DNA of 64,000 nt from the human T2T-CHM13v2.0 reference genome, Homo sapiens: the NCBI RefSeq assembly GCF_009914755.1, contig NC_060931.1; one strand, given 5' to 3'. Below the pieces are notes generated by a model, which was not told the origin of the DNA, made no database searches, and worked only from the letters and a program-made list of their open reading frames with translations. This document shows positions 1-39,966 of the stretch, piece after piece. Position 1 is the first letter of the stretch, and each line of letters starts with the position of its first letter. Made by a program: the position numbers and the translations under genes.

Positions 1-5433
<5,433 letters not shown>

Positions 5434-6081
5434 GCAGCCGGGTGGTGACAAGGAGAAAAGCCTTCTAGGGTCACTGTCATTCCCTGGCCATGTTGCAAAC
5501 AGCGCAATTCCAAGCTCGAGAGCTTCAGCCTCAGGAAAGAACTTCCCCTTCCCTGTCTCCCATCCCTCTGTGGCAGGCGCCTCTCACCAGGGCAGGAGAG
5601 GACTCAGCCTCCTGTGTTTTGGAGAAGGGGCCCAATGTGTGTTGACGATGGCTGGGGGCCAGGTGTTTCTGTTAGAGGCCAAGTATTATTGACACAGGAT
5701 TGCAAACACACAAACAGTTGGAACAGAGCACTCTGAAAGGCCATTTTTTAAGCATTTTAAAATCTATTCTCTCCCCCTTTCTCCCTGGATGATTCAGGAA
5801 GCTGACATTGTTTCCTCAAGGCAGAATTTTCCTGGTTCTGTTTTCTCAGCCAGTTGCTGTGGAAGGAGAATGCTTTCTTTGTGGCCTCATCTGTGGTTTC
5901 GTGTCCCTCTGAAGGAAACTAGTTTCCACTGTGTAACAGGCAGACATGTAACTATTTAAAGCACAGTTCAGTCCTAAAAGGGTCTGGGAGAACCAGATGA
6001 TGTACTAGGTGAAGCATTGCATTGTGGGAATCACAAAGCAAATAGTACTCCAGAAAGACAAATATCAGAAGCTTCCTATTC

Positions 6082-6383
6082 TTTTTTTTTTTTTTTTTTT
6101 TTTTGAGACAGGGTCTTTCTCTGTTGCCCAGGCTAGAGTGCACTGGTGATCACGGCTCACTCTAGCCTTGAATTCCTGGGCCCAAGCAATTCTCCCACCT
6201 CAGCCTCCTGAGTAGCTGGGACTACAAGTGTGCACCACCATGCCTGGCTAATTTTTTGAATTTTTGTAGTGATGGGATCTCGCTCTGTTGCCCAGGGTGG
6301 TCTCGAACTCCTGGCCTCAAGCGATCCTCCCACCTCGACCTCCCAAAGTGCTGGGATTACAGGTGTGAGCCACCTCGCCTGGG
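6082..6383 (-). mobile_element. Alu within the SUMF2 3' UTR
   Basis: T-run at 6082-6104 followed by an antisense Alu body. Confidence 0.9.
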
Positions 6384-6462
6384 CCCCCTTCTCCATATGC
6401 CTCCAAAAACATGTCCCTGGAGAGTAGCCTGCTCCCACACTGTCACTGGATGTCATGGGGCC

Positions 6463-6468
6463 AATAAA
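6463..6468 (+). terminator. SUMF2: SUMF2 polyadenylation signal AATAAA
   Basis: First AATAAA after the stop at 5433, followed by GT/T-rich sequence near 6480-6510. Confidence 0.75.
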
Positions 6469-6874
6469 ATCTCCTGCAATTGTGTATCTCAGACATTTGT
6501 GTCTTTGATCCTCACCCTGTGACCCTAAGGGAAGAAAGCCTGAGTGTCAGTAACTCTGGGCCTCCCCTAAAGAGAAATGGAGATGGTGGCTCATCTAGGA
6601 AGTAGAGGAGCAGGGGGTTCCTGGTTCTCAGGCCACGTGTGATCTCTGCCCACCCAGGGCCTGCCCCAGCCTGCAGGTATTGCTGTGTGGTGGGAACACC
6701 CACTTCCCTTGTGCACAGCCTTTGAGAGGGGATCGTGGCCTCAGTTCCAGGGGTTCCTGGCCAGGGCCAAGTGCTCCTTCTGCAGAGGCCTGCACGCATC
6801 TCACCCCTTTGACTTGTATTTCCATGGCTTCCCCTCCCCACCTGCCCCCTAGCCCTCCCTGACTGGCCAGCCCC

Positions 6875-14760
<7,886 letters not shown>

Positions 14761-15061
14761 GCTCAGATCTTCAGTGAGGGAACTCTGGGTGGCTCTGAGA
14801 GGGGAAAAGAAAGAAGCTGTCAGCCTTCCTGACCCAGGGGCTGTTCTCCTTGGGGTCTGGAACTGTTTCTCACTCATCCTTACATCTCCTGGCACTACAC
14901 TGGCCTATAGTGAATGTTCCAAATAAATGTTTGTGAATTGAGGCCGTTCGTGGTGGCTCACACCTATAATCCCAGACTTTGGGAGGCTGAGGCAGATAGA
15001 TCACTTGAGGCCAGGATTTCGAGACCAGCCTGGCCAACATGGTGAAACCTCATCTCTACTA

Positions 15062-15286
<225 letters not shown>

Positions 15287-15352
15287 TTATAGCTCACTGC
15301 CGGCTCAACCACCTGGGCTCAAGCGATCCTCACACCCTAGCCTCCTGAGTAG

Positions 15353-15637
<285 letters not shown>

Positions 15638-15791
15638 TAATATTTAAGTTTTTTGTAGAGACGGGGTCTCCCTATGTTGCCCAAGCTAGTCTCAAACTCC
15701 TGGCCTCAAGCAATCTTCCCGCCTCAGCCTCCCAAAGAGATGGGATTATAGGCATGAACCACCACTGGACCTGGCCACAATTTCCTTTTAA

Positions 15792-16580
<789 letters not shown>

Positions 16581-16731
16581 TAACAATGGCCAGTGAGCCC
16601 TGAGGGGTCCTGCTGCAGGATAGAGGCAGTAGAGAGCCAGGACACTCAGGCCTGTACACAGAGGCGCTGAGCTACCCCGCTTTGTGTCAGGAACATGGAG
16701 GCCCCTACCAGGGAACTCAACTCCTGCTTCA

Positions 16732-16941
<210 letters not shown>

Positions 16942-17112
16942 TCACTTGAACCCAGGAGGTGGGGTTGCAGTGAGCTGAGAGTGCACCAGTGCACTCCAGC
17001 CTAGGTGACGGAGTGAGTGAGACTCTGTCTCAAAAAATAAGACAAAACAGGCTGGGCGCAGTGGCTCATGCCTGTAATCCCAGCACTTTGGGAGGCCGAG
17101 GCAGGAGGATCA

Positions 17113-17769
<657 letters not shown>

Positions 17770-17889
17770 TCACAATGGGCACCTTTGCCTCATCACCTCC
17801 CAAAGCTGGGTAGCGCTAGCTCTCTCCTCTCCCCCAGCCCTCCATGAGCAGAAAGTACACTTGGACCCCCATATGAGATGCCAGCCTAG

Positions 17890-18759
<870 letters not shown>

Positions 18760-18770
<11 letters not shown>

Positions 18771-19140
18771 TGTTGTTTTGGGTTTTGCTATTTGATGACC
18801 GGAGGCTAACGTGCCAAAAATAAATCACAACTGCAAACCCGGGAGGCAGGCCAAGGCTCCGCAGGGACAGGGCATGGAGCCCAGTCTCCGGGCGGGAGGT
18901 GGGGGACCTCTGGTGGAGGGTGAGGGAAGCTTGTGTGGCCTGAGACCAGGCCAGACAGGATGTAAGAGTGATCAGTCTCCCCTCTGGAGCTCCCTTGGCC
19001 TCCAGGCCCAGAGAACGTAAATCCAGCCTTGTGCGGAGGGCACTTGCTTCTCTGGGAGCAATTTTGATTTCCACGTATGCTGAGAGCACTGCCCTGGAGG
19101 CTTTCTCAATGCATGACTGCAGCAGCTGACTGCCCGGGCT
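18760..19140 (-). promoter_or_regulatory. Putative PHKG1 promoter
   Basis: Repeat-free block upstream of the putative exon 1. It has E-boxes (CATCTG ~18764, CAGCTG ~19122), an A/T-rich MEF2/TATA-like element (~18814-18825) and a GC box (~18890). Motif-level evidence only. Confidence 0.45.
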
Positions 19141-19559
19141 GTCGCAGGGACAGTGTGCATGATCACCCTACATAATGCAGACCTGTACAGGTTAGGGAGG
19201 CCGGGTGCAGTGGCTCACACCCAGCGCTTTGGGAGACCGAGGCGGGAGGATTGTTTAAGTGCAAGAGTTTGACAGCAGCCTGGGCAACAAAGTGAGACCC
19301 TGGCTCTACAAAAAAATTAAAAAATTAGCCAGGTGTAGTGGCACACACCTGTGGTCCCAGCTACTCAAGAGGCTTAGTGGGGAGGATCACTTGAGCCTGG
19401 GAGGTCAAGGCTTCAGTGAGCTATGATCATGCCACTGCACTCCAGCCTGAGCAACAGAGACTCAGTCTGAATCAATCAATCAATCAATAAGGGACCTTCC
19501 CCTGCAGGAATCCACCTCTGATCTACCCTCCATAATTTCATCTAAAAAGCCTTCCTTTA

Positions 19560-22292
<2,733 letters not shown>

Positions 22293-22609
22293 CTATTTTT
22301 ATTTTTTTAAAGAACTTTCCTTACCCATTTCATTTTCAGCCTGCAGTTTCTATTGTGAGGAGTTTCATATGCCAGGAAAAACGTGGTCTCTCGGTGCATG
22401 TGACTTCCTGCCAGGGTCCTCATCAGTATGAGTCTACCTTACAGGGAGTTGACAAAACTGGCAGCACTGTGCAGCATGCAGGCACACAGTGGACACTTAG
22501 TTTTCATTGTTCCCTCTCATTCTAAAACTACCTTTTTCCAAACTCCTAATATTCCAAATTGATGGCAGGGGGTGAACGTAGGGGAGACAGTGCTTTACCC
22601 ATGATCTGA

Positions 22610-23095
<486 letters not shown>

Positions 23096-23152
23096 TGAAA
23101 ATACAAAAAGTAGCCGGGCATGGTGGCAGATGCCTGTAGTCCCAGCTACTCA

Positions 23153-23502
<350 letters not shown>

Positions 23503-24908
23503 TCAAAATTCTGGGCTTAAGCAATCCTCCTGTTTTGGTCCTCCCAAAGTGCTGGGATTACAGGTGTGAGAAACCACACTTGACCACAGATACCTAATTG
23601 ATACACATTTTACAAAGCACTTCATACAGTTTCACTTGGACAACGAAACCCTGGTATTAAGCCAATTTTAGAGAGATTGTGACTTGGTCAAGGTTGCCAA
23701 GTAGGTGAGTCAGAGAGCCTAGATTAACCCCAGATGTTGTGGGCGCCAGCAGTTCCTTATAATGCTGACCATCTGGCTGGGTGCGGTGGCTCACATCTGT
23801 AATCCCAGCATTTTGGGAGGCTGAGGTGGGCGGATCATGAGGTCAGGAGATTGAGACCATCCTGTCCAACATGGTGAAACCGTCCCTACTAAAAATATAA
23901 AAATTAACTGGGCACAGTGGCACATGCCTGTAATCCCAACTACTCAGGAGGCTGAGGCAGGTGAATTGTTTGAACCCGGGAGGCACTGCAGTGAGCCGAG
24001 ATCACACCACTGAACTCCAGCCTGGTGACAGAGCTAGACTCGGTCTCAATAATAATAATAATAATAATAATGCTAGACTCTGTCCCAAAAATAAAAAAAT
24101 AATAATAATAATGCTGACCATCTATTTCTTTCACTTTGGGGAAAATTTTTGTTGAATTGTTTACATACAAAAGAGCTGAAAAATACTTCAGGGAATGAGT
24201 GCTAAGCATAAAAGCCTCCAACTTACTGAAATGCAACACATTGAAACACAAATTCTGCAAGGTTTTAAATACCTGGAACTCTTTAACTTACTGTTTTCTC
24301 TTTTTTTTTTTTGCTTTTTATACAGGGTCTTGCTCTGTTGCCCAGGCTGCAGTGCAGTGGCGCAAACATGGCTCACTACAGCCTTGACCTCTTGGACTCA
24401 AGAGATCCTCTCACCTCAGGCTCCTGAATAGCTGAGACCAAAAGCGGGCAACACCATGGCCAGCAATTGTTTTTTCTTTTTTTTTGAGACAGAGTTTCAC
24501 TCTTGTAGCCCAGGCTGGAGTGCAATGGCACAATCTTGGCCCACTGTAACCTCTGCCTCCCGGGTTCAAGCGATTCTCCTGCCTCAGCCTCCTGAGTAGC
24601 TAGGATTACAGGCGTACGTCACCACACCTGGCTAATTTATTTTTATTTTTAGTAGAGATGGGGTTTCACCATGTTAGCCAGGCTGGTCTTGAACTCCTGA
24701 CCTCAGGTTATCTACCCACCTCGGCCTCCCAAAGTGCTGGGATCACAGGCATGAGCCACTGTGCCAGGTCTAATTTGCTTTTTTTTTTTTTTTTTTTTTT
24801 TGAGAGAAGAGTCTCACTCTGTCACCCAGGCTGGAGTGTAGTAGCACGATCCTGGCTCACTGCATCCAGGGTTCAAGCAATTCTCCTTGCCTCAGCCTGA
24901 GTAGCTGA

Positions 24909-25149
<241 letters not shown>

Positions 25150-25326
25150 TAGGCTGGTCTCAAACTCCTGAACTCAGGTGATCCGCCCTCCTCAGCCTCC
25201 CAACGTGCTGGGATTACAGGCATGAGCCACTGCGCCCTGCCTAATTTACCATTAAAAACCTATTTTCTCCCTCACATTTCTAAGCTACAGATTTGACTCT
25301 TGCTGGTTTCTAAGGTATCTTCCAAG

Positions 25327-25830
25327 ATTGGTTCCAAGGCTCCTATGGATAACAAAAATCCACGGATGCTCACATCCCTTACATAAAATGCCACATTATT
25401 TGCATATAACCTATGCATTTCCTGCTGTATACTTTAAATCATCTCTAGATTACTTATAATACCTAGTATAACATAAACAGGATGTAAAGTTGTTACACTG
25501 TATTGTTTAGGGAATGACAAGGAAAATAGTCTACATGTTTCCTACAAAAATGACCATGAATTTTTCCAAAAAATTATTTTGAGACAGGGTCTCACTCTGG
25601 GCTGGAGTTCAGTGGTGTGATCATAGATCACTGCAACCTTGAACTGGGCTTCTGTGATCCCACCTCGGCCTCCCTAGTGGCTGGGACTACAGGTGCATGC
25701 TACTGCACCTGGCTGATTTATTTTTTGTAGGGATCTCACTTTATTGCACAGACTTCAAATATTCTCAATCCTCGATTGGCTGAATCCATGGACACCAAAC
25801 TCAGGGAATTGGAGCGCCAACTGGACAATC
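25327..25830 (+). mobile_element. MER2-like Tigger MITE with an Alu insertion
   Basis: GATTGGTTCCAAG...AAAATCCACGGATGCTCA...ATTTGCATATAACC...TTAAATCATCTCTAGATTACTTATAATACC. Confidence 0.65.
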
Positions 25831-26317
25831 AATGAATGCATCACAAAATCCTTTCTGACTTTAGGGCAAAAGGCCAGTGCACCTAGAGGATTATTCCACA
25901 CCTTTCTCCTTGTAGCAATGACTCCTACCAGGGAGTAGGCCTGGCCAGTCACGCTTACATTTCGTCATTTTTCTTTGATTCAATTTATTTGAATCACCAC
26001 TACACCTGGACACGAGGGACATCTGAGCATTAACACTACAGACTCACAGAGGTCCCGAGCCTCCAGGAAAATTAGCAAAAGTGTCTTCTATAAACCCAGG
26101 AGGGAATATGCCAGGGAACTGGCCAGGAGTGAACTGTGCTGAGACCCTCTTTCTGAAAGGGAGCCTCTTTCAGGAACTGAATGTTTAGGCACTCCAGGAA
26201 CACAGCTGATAGGAGGCGAGACAGCAACTGGCTAATTCCCTCAATCACCAGCATTTCACTCACCTGGCAGTGATGCAGGGCTCTGAAACTCAGAAAAAAA
26301 TCAGAAAACAGAACCTA

Positions 26318-26446
<129 letters not shown>

Positions 26447-26473
26447 TCAAAAAAAAAAAAAAAAGACCTGCTG

Positions 26474-26566
26474 ATCCTTTTGTAGTTAAGTGTGATGACA
26501 GGGTTTTCACACTCATGAAGTGTGCCTCCCTCAAAACTGGTTGCATTGACACACTACCCATCTGAC
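26474..26566 (+). pseudogene. U13 (SNORD13) C/D-box snoRNA retrocopy
   Basis: ATCCTTTTGTAGTT...GTGATGA...TGTGCC.CCCT...TACCCATCTGAC matches the U13 layout. Box C TGATGA 26493-26498, box D CTGA 26562-26565, short A tail 26570-26575. The interior is diverged. Confidence 0.8.
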
Positions 26567-26744
26567 ATGAAAAAAGTGGCCTACTCCAAATTGAATTCCA
26601 TCCCCTTAAAGTTCTTCCCTAGCACGGAGTGGGGGATGGCAGTTAGCCTGAGTGTTTTAGGAAGAGGAGGCTACAACACCTTAAACAGAGCAAAAGCACC
26701 TTCAGGGGAACTGCATATATTAAGAATGGTTTTTTATCTTCAAT

Positions 26745-26921
26745 CAGGGGCGTCCAAGGGAGAGAATGCAGTCATGGGTTTAGTTACAGTTTATGGTTAG
26801 GCCAGTAAAACCCCTTCCTCATCGCTCTTTTCCACTTATCACTAGAGACAAACTATAACTCCAGGCTGCTAAAAGCCTAAAGCAAAAGAAAACAGAACAA
26901 AAGGTGGGTTGCACAAGCTTG
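26745..26921. mobile_element. Short hAT-Charlie-type MITE (MER30/MER107-like ends)
   Basis: Starts CAGGGGCGTCCAA and ends GGGTTGCACAAGCTTG. Confidence 0.45.
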
Positions 26922-26959
26922 CTTGGAAACAGTAGAGGAATAGTGATACGCAGTGCTGA

Positions 26960-27190
<231 letters not shown>

Positions 27191-27402
27191 TAAACAATAT
27201 TTTAAGCAGAGTTTCCTGCTACTGCTCAGCTTACATAACTCCAGACCCACAGCAGCTAGAACCTTTGAATTGAGCAGCATGTTATGTTTGCAAGTGAGCT
27301 ACTCCTTATATAACCCCTCAGGGAGCTGTCAGATCTGGGAGGATGCTAATTTCATAACCAGAGACTATAGACTAAATGAACCATACCTTGGAAGAAAATG
27401 AC

Positions 27403-27408
27403 TTTATT
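27403..27408 (-). terminator. CHCHD2: CHCHD2 polyadenylation signal AATAAA
   Basis: tttatt on the + strand, about 260 nt past the stop codon. Confidence 0.75.
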
Positions 27409-27665
27409 CTAATTAACTCACAAAGAATAAAATCATAACATAACAGCTAGTTTAAGGAGGCCACACAAACATTTGCCCAGTCCCAGATTCTACAGAGTAG
27501 GGACACCCCCACTTCCATTTCAATTCTGAAGCAAGGAAGCTAGGAATGACAGGAGAGGTTTAACTGATGGTTACACTTTATACCCTCACTATCAATTCTA
27601 TTTTTATACTAAATTAACTTAGTTATGAGAGCTGATTTTCCATCTCTCCAGGTTGAACTTCTTCA

Positions 27666-32228
<4,563 letters not shown>

Positions 32229-33130
32229 CCTAGGTACGCGACGGCTAGGCCTCCGGACGTGTGACAACCACCGAAGAGCTAAGCGACTTCTGAGGAGACC
32301 GGAAGATGGGAGGCGGGGCTGGCCTCAACGCGCAACCAACCAGCACACAGGCAGAGAACTTCCGTTCTCCGTCGTCTCCGCAGGCCTGAAGTTCATTGGA
32401 AGAGCAGGACGTCACGGGGACGCCTCGTCCTTCGCGGTCAACGCCCTGAACTTGGCGCCAGGATCTTTAAAACCCGGAAGTTCCTGTGGTTCATCCGCGA
32501 ACCTTGTCCTCCGGTCCTCGCATCAGAGCACTTAGCATTTTGCTTCCCTAGGGCAGCTGGCCTGTCGCTCCGTCCTTCAAACATTTGTATTAAATCCAAC
32601 CTTAAGAGTGACTCACATCTCTGGCTGGATTGCCAGGGGACCTTGGGCAGATTTCTTAGCCTTTCTGAGCATTCAGTTATAAGGGCAAATATTTTTGGAG
32701 GCACAGTGTGGACGCGTAGTATGAACTGAATGAAAGAAATCGGTTTCGTCAAAAATAAACAGAGTTGAATTAGTTGTATTTGGTATTTCTCTTTCTTGTC
32801 TGTGGATCCAGTCAGCAAAAGTTAAATTCAGGCAGCAATAATGTTTTACATTTATGTATTACTATATATTTTCAGCTCCTTTTCATATGTATTATAGAAT
32901 TTGTGTCCAGAATTGGGACAGTAACCATACACTGGTAAATTCAACAAAAATTTACTGTCTAACTGGGTTATGGAGATACTGCACCAAATCAGATAAGATT
33001 CTACCTTCACGAAGTTAAGTTTCAAGGAGGGGAGACACAAACGCCTACGTAAATCAGGTGGTGGTGACATGAAAAGAGAGGAAGGAGACTGGAAATTAGA
33101 GGTTAGGCGGGGCGGGGGGGAGTCATTTGA

Positions 33131-33470
<340 letters not shown>

Positions 33471-33809
33471 TGAGCTCTTGACCTCAGGTGATCCATCTAC
33501 CTCGGCCTGCAAGGGCTGGGATTACAGGCATAAGCCACCAGGCCCAGCCTGAAATGCTTTCAACAGTTACATTAAACATCGCTAAAATAAGGGGAAATTT
33601 GGCTAGTGGCATTTCATAAGGGGCTCATGGGAAAGTCCCTTGCGGTTGGAGTGAGGTTTATTGAGGAGAGGAAGCACACATGGAACCATTTCTGCTTGAT
33701 GTCAATCAGAAATTTCTCCCTTCCATCAGAGGAAGTAGAGTTTAAAACAGCCTTCCTGTGTCCCAGCAACAGCAGAATGTACTTGGAACTAAAGGGTGAA
33801 TAATGTGGC

Positions 33810-34045
33810 AGCTAAGCTATGAGGATGCAAAGGCAAAAGAATGATATAATGGGCTCTGGGGATTTGGAGGGATGTGCTAGGTGGGTAAGGGATAAAAGAC
33901 TACACTGTTGAGTACGGTGTACATTGCTCGGGTGATGGGTGCATCAAAACCTCAGAAATCACCACTAAAGAACTTTTCCATGTAACCAAACACCACCTGT
34001 TCCCCCAAAAGTATTGAAATAAAAAGATTTCAAACAATAAAAAAG
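33810..34045 (+). mobile_element. 5'-truncated L1 (L1PB-like 3' UTR)
   Basis: GCTAAGCTATGAGGATGCAAAGGC...CAGAAATCACCACTAAAGAACTT...AAATAAAAA, with a TSD-like aaa(g/a)ggtgaat(a/t)at on both sides. Confidence 0.75.
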
Positions 34046-34481
34046 GTGAATTATATAAAAATCTTTTGTAAAAAACAAAGCTTTATTTTTACATAACTTC
34101 TTAAAAGAATGAATGCTTTACAAATAATAAGACTTTTTACTTGCTTTTAGATAATTCAAAAGCAGAGATGAAGAAAAGCAGTCTTATAAAGGATACATTC
34201 TGGCACAAGAAGGGTTTAGAGTGAGGAGAACTTTGGACAGTTCAAGACAGAAAGGAATCCAGACCAGAACAGGCACCATTTTACTCAAACGTGGCTAAGT
34301 CATTCATTCCTAAATTGAAAGACTATTAGATGTTCACACAAAGTTATTTTGTGTTGGTAAGGGATTGGAGAAAACCTAAATTCCTGCCAATAGAATATTG
34401 GTTAAAAAAATAATGGCAGGCTGGGCGTGGTGGCTCACGCCTGTAATTCCAGCACTTTGGGAGGCCGAGGTGGGCAGATCA

Positions 34482-34694
<213 letters not shown>

Positions 34695-35933
34695 TCAAAA
34701 AAAAAAAAAAAAAAAAAGACACATTCACATAATATGCAACTATAAAAAAAGAATGAGGAATCTTCTCTGTATATTGATGTGAAATGATTTCCAAAATAAA
34801 CTACAAGTGATAAAAAAAAGGAAGGGGTAGAATTGAGTACAGTGTGCTATTATTTGTGTAAAACAGAAAAGACCATATTGGATATGCATAAAATATCTGA
34901 AGTTGATAACACTGGTTGCCTTCAGGCAGTGGGACTGGGTGTCTGTGGTGCAGGGGGCAGTCAGTAGCTTTTGGATTTTGAAGCAGTTAATCTATTCTAT
35001 CCAAAAAACAAATTAAGAAAAAGTTAATTAAAACAAAGAACAAAAAACTCAGAATGGAAAATACCAGAATTCTGCTATATACCATTTATAGTTTGCTGGG
35101 ACAGATGTGTGAAGTTCACTCTGTTTTTTTGAGACAGAGTTTCGCTCTTGTTGCCCAGGCGCAATCTTGGCTCGCTGCAACCTCCGCCTCACAGGTTGAA
35201 GCAATTCTCCTGCCTCAGCCTCGCAAGTAGCTGGGATTACAGGTGTGCACCACCATACCTGACTAATTTTGTATTTTTAGTAGAGATGGGGTTTCACCAT
35301 GTTGGTTAGGCTGGTCTCAAACTCCTGACCTCAAGTGATCCACCTGCCTCGGCCTCCCAAAGTGCTAGAATTACAAGTGTGAGCCACTGTGCCTGGCTAG
35401 TTCACTCTTTAGTAAAATTTCTATAGCAACTTCTCATCCCATAGTGATTTCAGTCACTCTCAACAAATTTACTTACAGTTATTAATATCCGAACTTTTGC
35501 AGGTTTTATCATAGATATGACATTGGCTGAATGGACTCTTGAATATTGTAGTAAACATTCTGCTCAAATTAGGTAACAGGTGTTTGAAGTTTTAAAATTA
35601 TGCAAACTGTATTCCAGAAATTTTACTTCTAGGAATTTAAGAAACAGTGAAGATTGTACAAATAAATGTGTCGTAGGGATGTTTATTTAACAAAATGTGT
35701 AAAACAGGAAAAACTTGTAAACAACCTAAGTGTCCTATAATAGAATTCGTTAAATAAGTTATGATACATACATATGATGAAATGTATGCAGCCATTAAAA
35801 AATATTATGAGGGGCTGGGCACGGTGGATCAAACCTGTAATCCCAGCACTTTGGGGAGCTGAGGTGGGTGGATCACTTGAGGTCAGGAGTTTGAGACCAG
35901 CCTGGCCAACATGGTGAAACCCCATCTCTACTA

Positions 35934-36111
<178 letters not shown>

Positions 36112-36369
36112 TTAGGAAAGAATATTTGACGTGAAAGGTATTTTTACAATACATACAATACATTGTGTGAAAGAGAAGATTACACAATAGTACACAGTGT
36201 GTTTATAGTTTGAGAAAGTAAATATATATTTTGAATATTGGAATTATATATACCCAACTAGTAATGTCATCCATTGAGTCATGGAATTATAAGTGACTTT
36301 TTTTTTTTTTGCTTGTCCCTATTTTCCAGTTTTTCTACAGTGACCATACTTGCCATAATTAAACATAGC

Positions 36370-37175
36370 ATGGTAGTTTAAAATATGTCCACAAATTCTT
36401 TGATATTCTCTTCAAAAGGTGGAGCCCAGTCCCTATCCCCTTGAGTGGGGGCTGGGTTAACTGATTCCCTTCTGACAGATAGGAAAAAGCAAAAGTGATG
36501 GTTTGCAACTTTGCAAACTACATCATAAAAGGTACTGTGGCTTCCTCCTTGTTCACTCTTTGATTACTCACTTGGGAAAGCCAGCTGTCACACCATGACA
36601 CCTAAGCAGCCTGTAGAGAGGCTCATGTGACAGGAAGTGAGGCCTCAGGTCAGCAGTCACCTTAAGTGAGCCACCTTGGAAACAGGCTTTAGGTGACTGC
36701 AGTCTCAGTCGACAGCTTGACTGCAATGTCATGAGACACCCTGAGCCCAAATGACCCAGCTATGTCACTCCTGAATTCCTGACCCACAGAAATGGAGATC
36801 TAAGTTTTTTTTATATTTATTTATTTTTGAGACAGTCTCTCACTCTGTCACCCAGGCTGGAGTGCAGTGGTGTGATCTTGGCTCACTACAACCTCTGCCC
36901 CCCGGGCTCAAGTGATTCTCCTGCATCAGCGTCCTGAGTAGCTGGGACCACAGGTGCGCACCACCATGCTTGGCTAATTTTTGCATTTTCTGTAGAGATG
37001 GAGTCTCATGATGTCGCCCAGGCTGGTCTTGAACTTCTGGACTTGTGATCTGCCCACCTCGGCCTCCCAAAGTGTTGGGATTACAGGCATGAGCCACTGT
37101 GCCTGGCCCTAAGTATTTATTTTAAGCCACTAGGTTTGGAGTAATTTGTTACATAGCAGTAGATAAGTAATACAC
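36370..37175 (+). mobile_element. MaLR LTR (MLT1F-like) interrupted by an Alu
   Basis: 5' TGGTAGTTTAAAATATGTCCACAAATTCTTTGA and 3' TTTAAGCCACTAGGTTTGGAGTAATTTGTTACATAGCAG...TAATACA. Confidence 0.7.
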
Positions 37176-37217
37176 ATATTTCCTACAGTGACCACATTTA
37201 CAATTTAAATTTAATTA

Positions 37218-37355
<138 letters not shown>

Positions 37356-37582
37356 TTAGCCAGGTGTGGTGGTGTGTACCTGTGGTCTCAGATACTTGGG
37401 AGACTATGGTGGGAGAATCACTTGAGTCCAGGAAGTTGAGGCTACAGTGAGCTGTGACTGTGCAACGGTACTTTAGCCTGTGGGACAGTGAGACTCTGTC
37501 TCAAAAGAAAATTTTTTTTGGCCAGGGGTGGTGGCTCATGCCTGTAATCCCAGCACTTTGGGAGGCCGAGGCGGGCAGATCA

Positions 37583-37810
<228 letters not shown>

Positions 37811-38967
37811 CTAAATAAGCAAAATCACCAGGTGCAGTTGATCACACCTGTCATCTCAGCACTTTGGGATATTGAGGTGGGAAGAACATCTGACGTCAGG
37901 AGTTTGAGACCAGCCTGCTGTGAGCAGAGATTGCACCACTGCACTCCAGCCTGGGAGACAGAGACCCCATCTCGAAAAAAAAAAAAAAAAAAAAAAACAT
38001 AAAAAACCAACAAATGCATTTGAAAAGAACAGCATCAGCCAGGCACAGTGGCTCACGCCTGTAATCCCAGCACTTTGGGAGGCCGAGGGTAGAGGATAGC
38101 TGAGCCCAGGAGTTTGAGACCAGCCTCGGCAACATGGTGAAAACCTGTCTCTACAAAAAATATAAAAATTAGCCAAGTGTGGTAGCATGCACTTGCAGTC
38201 CCAGCTACTTGGGAGGCTGAGGGGGAAGGGATTGCTTGAGCCTGGGAGGTCAAGGCTGAAGTGAGCCATGATTGCACCACCACACTCCAGCCTGGGCAAC
38301 AGAGCAAGACCCTGTCTCAAAAAAGAAACAAACAAACAAAAAAAACATGTAAAAACAAAACAAAACAGAACAGCATCATTTCCTTATCATTAGTTTGAAG
38401 GAAGTGAATTGCCTGTAAAAGTTTCCATTTTCAAAAAAAGCATTAAAATATAGTGTGAGGCCGGGCATGATGGCTCATTCCTGTAATCCCAGCGCTTTGG
38501 GAGGCTGAAATGGATTGTCTGGGCCCAAGAGGTTGAGGCTGGTGTTTGTGCCACTGCACACCAGAAGCCTGGGCAACAGAGCTTGCCCCTGTCTCAAAAG
38601 AACAAACCATGGTTTACCACAACCAACAGGAAAATTCTGGATAAAACTACATATGAAATATTTACTGCTGTGCTCAACAAGGTAGTATAGAGGCCAAAGG
38701 CAAAGTCCTGGGGTCAGGCCACCTGGTCTGCTATCTAATTAGCTGTGTCATCTTTGGAAAGGTACTTGAACTCTCTGTGCCTTAGAATCCCTTTTCTAAA
38801 ATGTGGGCTGGGCGCAGTGGCTCATGCCTGTAATCCCAGCACTTTGGGAGGCTGAGGCGGGTAGATCATCTGAGGTCAGGTGTTCGAGACCAGCCTGGCC
38901 AACAAGGTGAAACCTGGTCTTTATGAAAAATACAAAAATTAGCCAGGCATGGTTGTGGGCACCTTTA

Positions 38968-39966
<999 letters not shown>

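Noticed and set aside
35503-35572. Isolated + strand AG/GT segment reading FIIDMTLAEWTLEYCSKHSAQIR
   Set aside because: A single 70-nt candidate with no recognisable homology or convincing partner exons, so it could be chance.
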